Shown piece by piece: positions 60,751 through 64,000 of a stretch of 64,000 bases of DNA. The notes below the pieces were generated by a model. It did not search any database, was not told where the DNA came from, and saw only the letters and a list, made by a program, of their open reading frames with translations. How positions within the stretch are numbered: position 1 is the first letter of the stretch; every line of letters starts with the position of its first letter. The DNA comes from Malacoraja senta (lineage: Eukaryota): NCBI GenBank assembly GCA_038087875.1, contig CM075992.1:6512001-6576000 (forward strand), given 5' to 3'. The position numbers were made by a program, and so were the translations under genes.

Positions 60751-61607
60751 GTTGCAATCTGCTACAACAAGTAAAGTAATAACAAGTTAAACATAGAAAA
60801 ATATGTGCCGGAGTAGGCCATTCGGCCCATCGAACCAGCACCGCCATTCAATATGATCATGGCAGATCGTCTAAAATCAGTACCCCGTTCCTGCTTTTTC
60901 CCCATATCCCTTGATTCCTTTAGCCCTAAGAGCTAAATCTAACTCCCTCTTGAAACTCTTGCAGAGTTAAGACTCAAATAAAAAATCACGCACTATTAAC
61001 TTTACGTGAAATAATATTTATAAATGGAAACTTTTGTCACTGTAACTTTATGTAGAGGTTTACAAGTCAGCTGGGAAAGGGAGAGATTAGCAGAATTGGT
61101 TTACTGATCCATGCGGCTACTGTTAATGTTGGAAATTCCCCAAAGGATTTCTAGGGGAATTCTGCTTATTCCATTCAGTCAGTATCACTCGTTAATTGTT
61201 TTTATATTAATTTTTTATTGTGGAATTGTGGAATGGTTGTGGCGCAGAAGGAGGCCTTTCAGCCCATCAAGTCTGTGCTAGCCGACGGGTGAATTATCCT
61301 GTCCATCCCATTTCTCTGCTCTGTCCCCATTGCCCTGCAAATCCTTAATTCCCCACGACTCATCCAATACCCTTCTGAAGACCCCGACCGATTCCTTTCT
61401 CACTGCCCTCACAGGGAATGAGTTCCAGATCGTTGCACAGAACATAGGACAGTGCAGAAAATAGATACAAAAGCTGGAGTAACTCAGCGGGTCAGGCAGA
61501 ATCTCTGGAGAAATAGGAAGGGTGACGTTTCAGGTCGAAACCCTTCTTCAGGCTTAAAGACTGAAAGTGGAGGGGAGGGGGGACTGGAGGTAGGGACAGG
61601 CCAGGAC

Positions 61608-61865
61608 AAGATGAGGAAAGACTTTTTCACCCAGACAGTTGTGAATCTGTTGAATTCTCTGCCACAGAAGGCAGTGGAGGCCAATTCACTGGATGTTTTC
61701 AAGAGTGTTAGATTTAGCTCTTAGGGCTAAGGGAATCAAGGGATATGGGGAGAAAGCAGGAACGGGGTACTGATTGGGGATGATCAGCCATGATCATATT
61801 GAATGCGGTGCTGGCTCGAAGGGCTGATTGGCCTACTCCTGCACCTATTGTCTATGTTTCTATGT
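61608..61865 (+). mobile_element. CR1 LINE 3' end
   Basis: MRKDFFTQTVVNLLNSLPQKAVEA plus 3'UTR. Confidence 0.85.
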
Positions 61866-62191
61866 AAATCAGGGCCAGCAACAGATGACCAAGGAAGGGT
61901 GGATCCCATACTGTACAGCACAGGAACAGGACCTTCGGCCCACAATATTTATACCGAACATGATGCCATGTTAAACTAGGATGTGTTGGCATATAGATGT
62001 AATCATATCACACCAAGATGTCTAGTCCCACCAGTGCCTCTAGTTTCTTAGAACTTAAAGCAATCCAGCATGTCACCAATTACTCAAACAAACTTCTACT
62101 CATGCACTGTAGAAAGTATCCTGAAAGGTTGCATTACAACCTGGTGTGGCAATTCCTATTCACAGGAGCGCAAGAGGCTGCAGAGATTGGT

Positions 62192-62655
62192 GGTAGACAA
62201 AAATGCTGGAGAAACTCAGTGGGTGAGGCAGCATCTATGGAGCGAAGGAAATAGGCAACATTTTGGGTCGAGACCCTTCTTCAGACTGATGTGAGGGTGG
62301 GGGGGGGGGGGAGAAGAAAGGAAGAGGTGGAGACAGTGGGCTGAGGGAGAAGAAAATAAGGACTACCTGAAATTAGAGAAGTCAATGTTCATACCGCTGG
62401 GGTGTAAACTGACCAAGCGAAATATGAGGTTCTGCTCCTCCAATTTACGGTGGTCCTCACTCTGGCCATGGAGGAGGCCCAGGACAGAAAGGTCGGATTC
62501 GGAATGAGAGGGGAAGTTGAGGTGCTGAGCCACCGGGAGATCAGGTTGGTTAATGCGGACCGAGCGGAGGTGTTGGGCGAAACGATCGCCAAGCCTACGC
62601 TTGGTCTCACCAATGTAGAGCAGCTGACACCTAGAGCAGCGGATGCAATAGATGA
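62192..62655 (-). mobile_element. Penelope GIY-YIG 3' fragment inserted in a Rex1/Babar fragment (~62055-62890, plus)
   Basis: LIYCIRCSRCQLLYIGETKRRLGDRFAQH...GMNIDFSNFR*; host ORF continues on both sides (QERKRLQRLV ... WTSITGTALHSIECIYTTRCLKKA). Confidence 0.9.
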
Positions 62656-64000
62656 GTCGAGAGTGGTGGACTAGCATCACGGGCACGGCCCTCCACTCCA
62701 TCGAATGCATCTACACCACGCGCTGCCTCAAGAAGGCTTCATCGGTCATCAAGGAGCCCCACCGTGCCCTCTTCTCGCTGCTTCCGTCGGGCAGGAGGTA
62801 CAGAAGCCGGAAGTCCCACACTGCCAGGTTCAGGAACAGCCACTTTCTCACAACCATCAGTGTCTTGAACCGACCCACACATCCTAACCCTATCTTGGCA
62901 ACAGAACACTATGGACCACCTCTTCTTACACTACCATGGACTTGTTCTTCTAATTGTATATTTTTGCATCTATGCCTGGGTTTATTTTTCCACTATCTCT
63001 TTCTTTTCATTTATGTGTAATTTATATGTTAATTTATACACTGCTGCAGTTTAGAGATACGACATGGAAACAGGTCCTTCGGCCCACCGAGTCCACGCTG
63101 ACCACTGATCACCTGTTCACATTAGTTTTTAGTTTGGTTTAGAGATACAGCATGGAAACAAGCCGTTCAGTCCACCGAGTCCACGCTAGTTTATAGTTCA
63201 GTTTAGTTTAATTTGGAGATACAGCGTGGAAACAGGCCCTCTGGCCCATCAACTCCGCGCAGATCAGCGATCACCTATACACTAGTTCTATCCTACACAC
63301 TGGGGACGATTTACAGAAGCCAATCAACCTATAAACCTACATGTCTTTGGAATGTGGGAGGAATCCGGAGAAAACCCACATAGTCACGAACCTACAAACT
63401 CCGTACATACAACAGTCGAGGTCAGATAAGTTCATCACATCAGCCATGATCACATTGTATGGCGGTGCAGGCTCGAAGGGCCGAATGGCCTACTCCTGCA
63501 CCTATTGTCTATTGAATCAAAGCCGGGTCTCTGTAGCTGTACTGTTCTATGTTTATGTTCATTACTTTATATGACATGATACTGTTGCAAAAACAATAGT
63601 AGAACCTCCTTAAATTCTAAGTGCTTGCAGTGAGATTATTTGACGTTCCCATTACATTGAGCCCTCTCTGGGGAGAATTAGAGAATCACTGATTAAAACT
63701 TCTGGAATTCATTATTTGACTGGCTATGTCCAGATGCTGCTGTCTCTCTTCATCCATTTTAAGGGTGAGCTTTGCTAACATGCCTGGTATTTCCATTGCA
63801 AATTGTTTGACCACACATTGTGTTCATGCCTGCCTGCATTGTGATAACTAAGCTCACCGAGGGCCTCTGCTGGTAGAAATGAAATACTGCAGAGCACAAC
63901 CGTGAGCAAGGTCCTGGTAACTTATCAAGTCTGGAGAAGTGTTCTCCAGAGATGCTACCAGACCCGCTGAGTTACTCCAGCACTTTGTGTCCTTCCAAGT

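Overview
Eukaryotic, very repeat-dense vertebrate DNA. The repeat set (HE1-type V-SINEs with CR1/HER1 tails, Rex1/Babar LINE ends, Penelope fragments) points to a cartilaginous fish, probably a skate or ray (inference). The only host coding sequence I can support is a minus-strand first coding exon of a Kruppel-like factor (30071->29985, MALAETVLPSISSFANPINFQEKQDEIIK, then a GT donor). It is KLF1-like, with KLF17 as the alternative. No exon 2 or zinc-finger exon is visible in the ~30 kb downstream. The promoter is rich in octamer/POU motifs, and several non-repetitive islands on both sides carry GATA/E-box/RUNX/CACCC clusters (candidate blood enhancers). The rest is nested mobile DNA: an internally deleted Tx1-type LINE, two non-autonomous Helitrons, six PIF/Harbinger-like MITEs, a hAT MITE, RTE-derived short elements, an L1 3' end, and many Penelope-derived repeats with minimal hammerhead-ribozyme cores. 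A 200-N assembly gap lies at 37979-38178. Repeat boundaries were read by eye and are approximate unless a TSD or TIR is quoted. Most ORFs in the supplied track are spurious or transposon debris.
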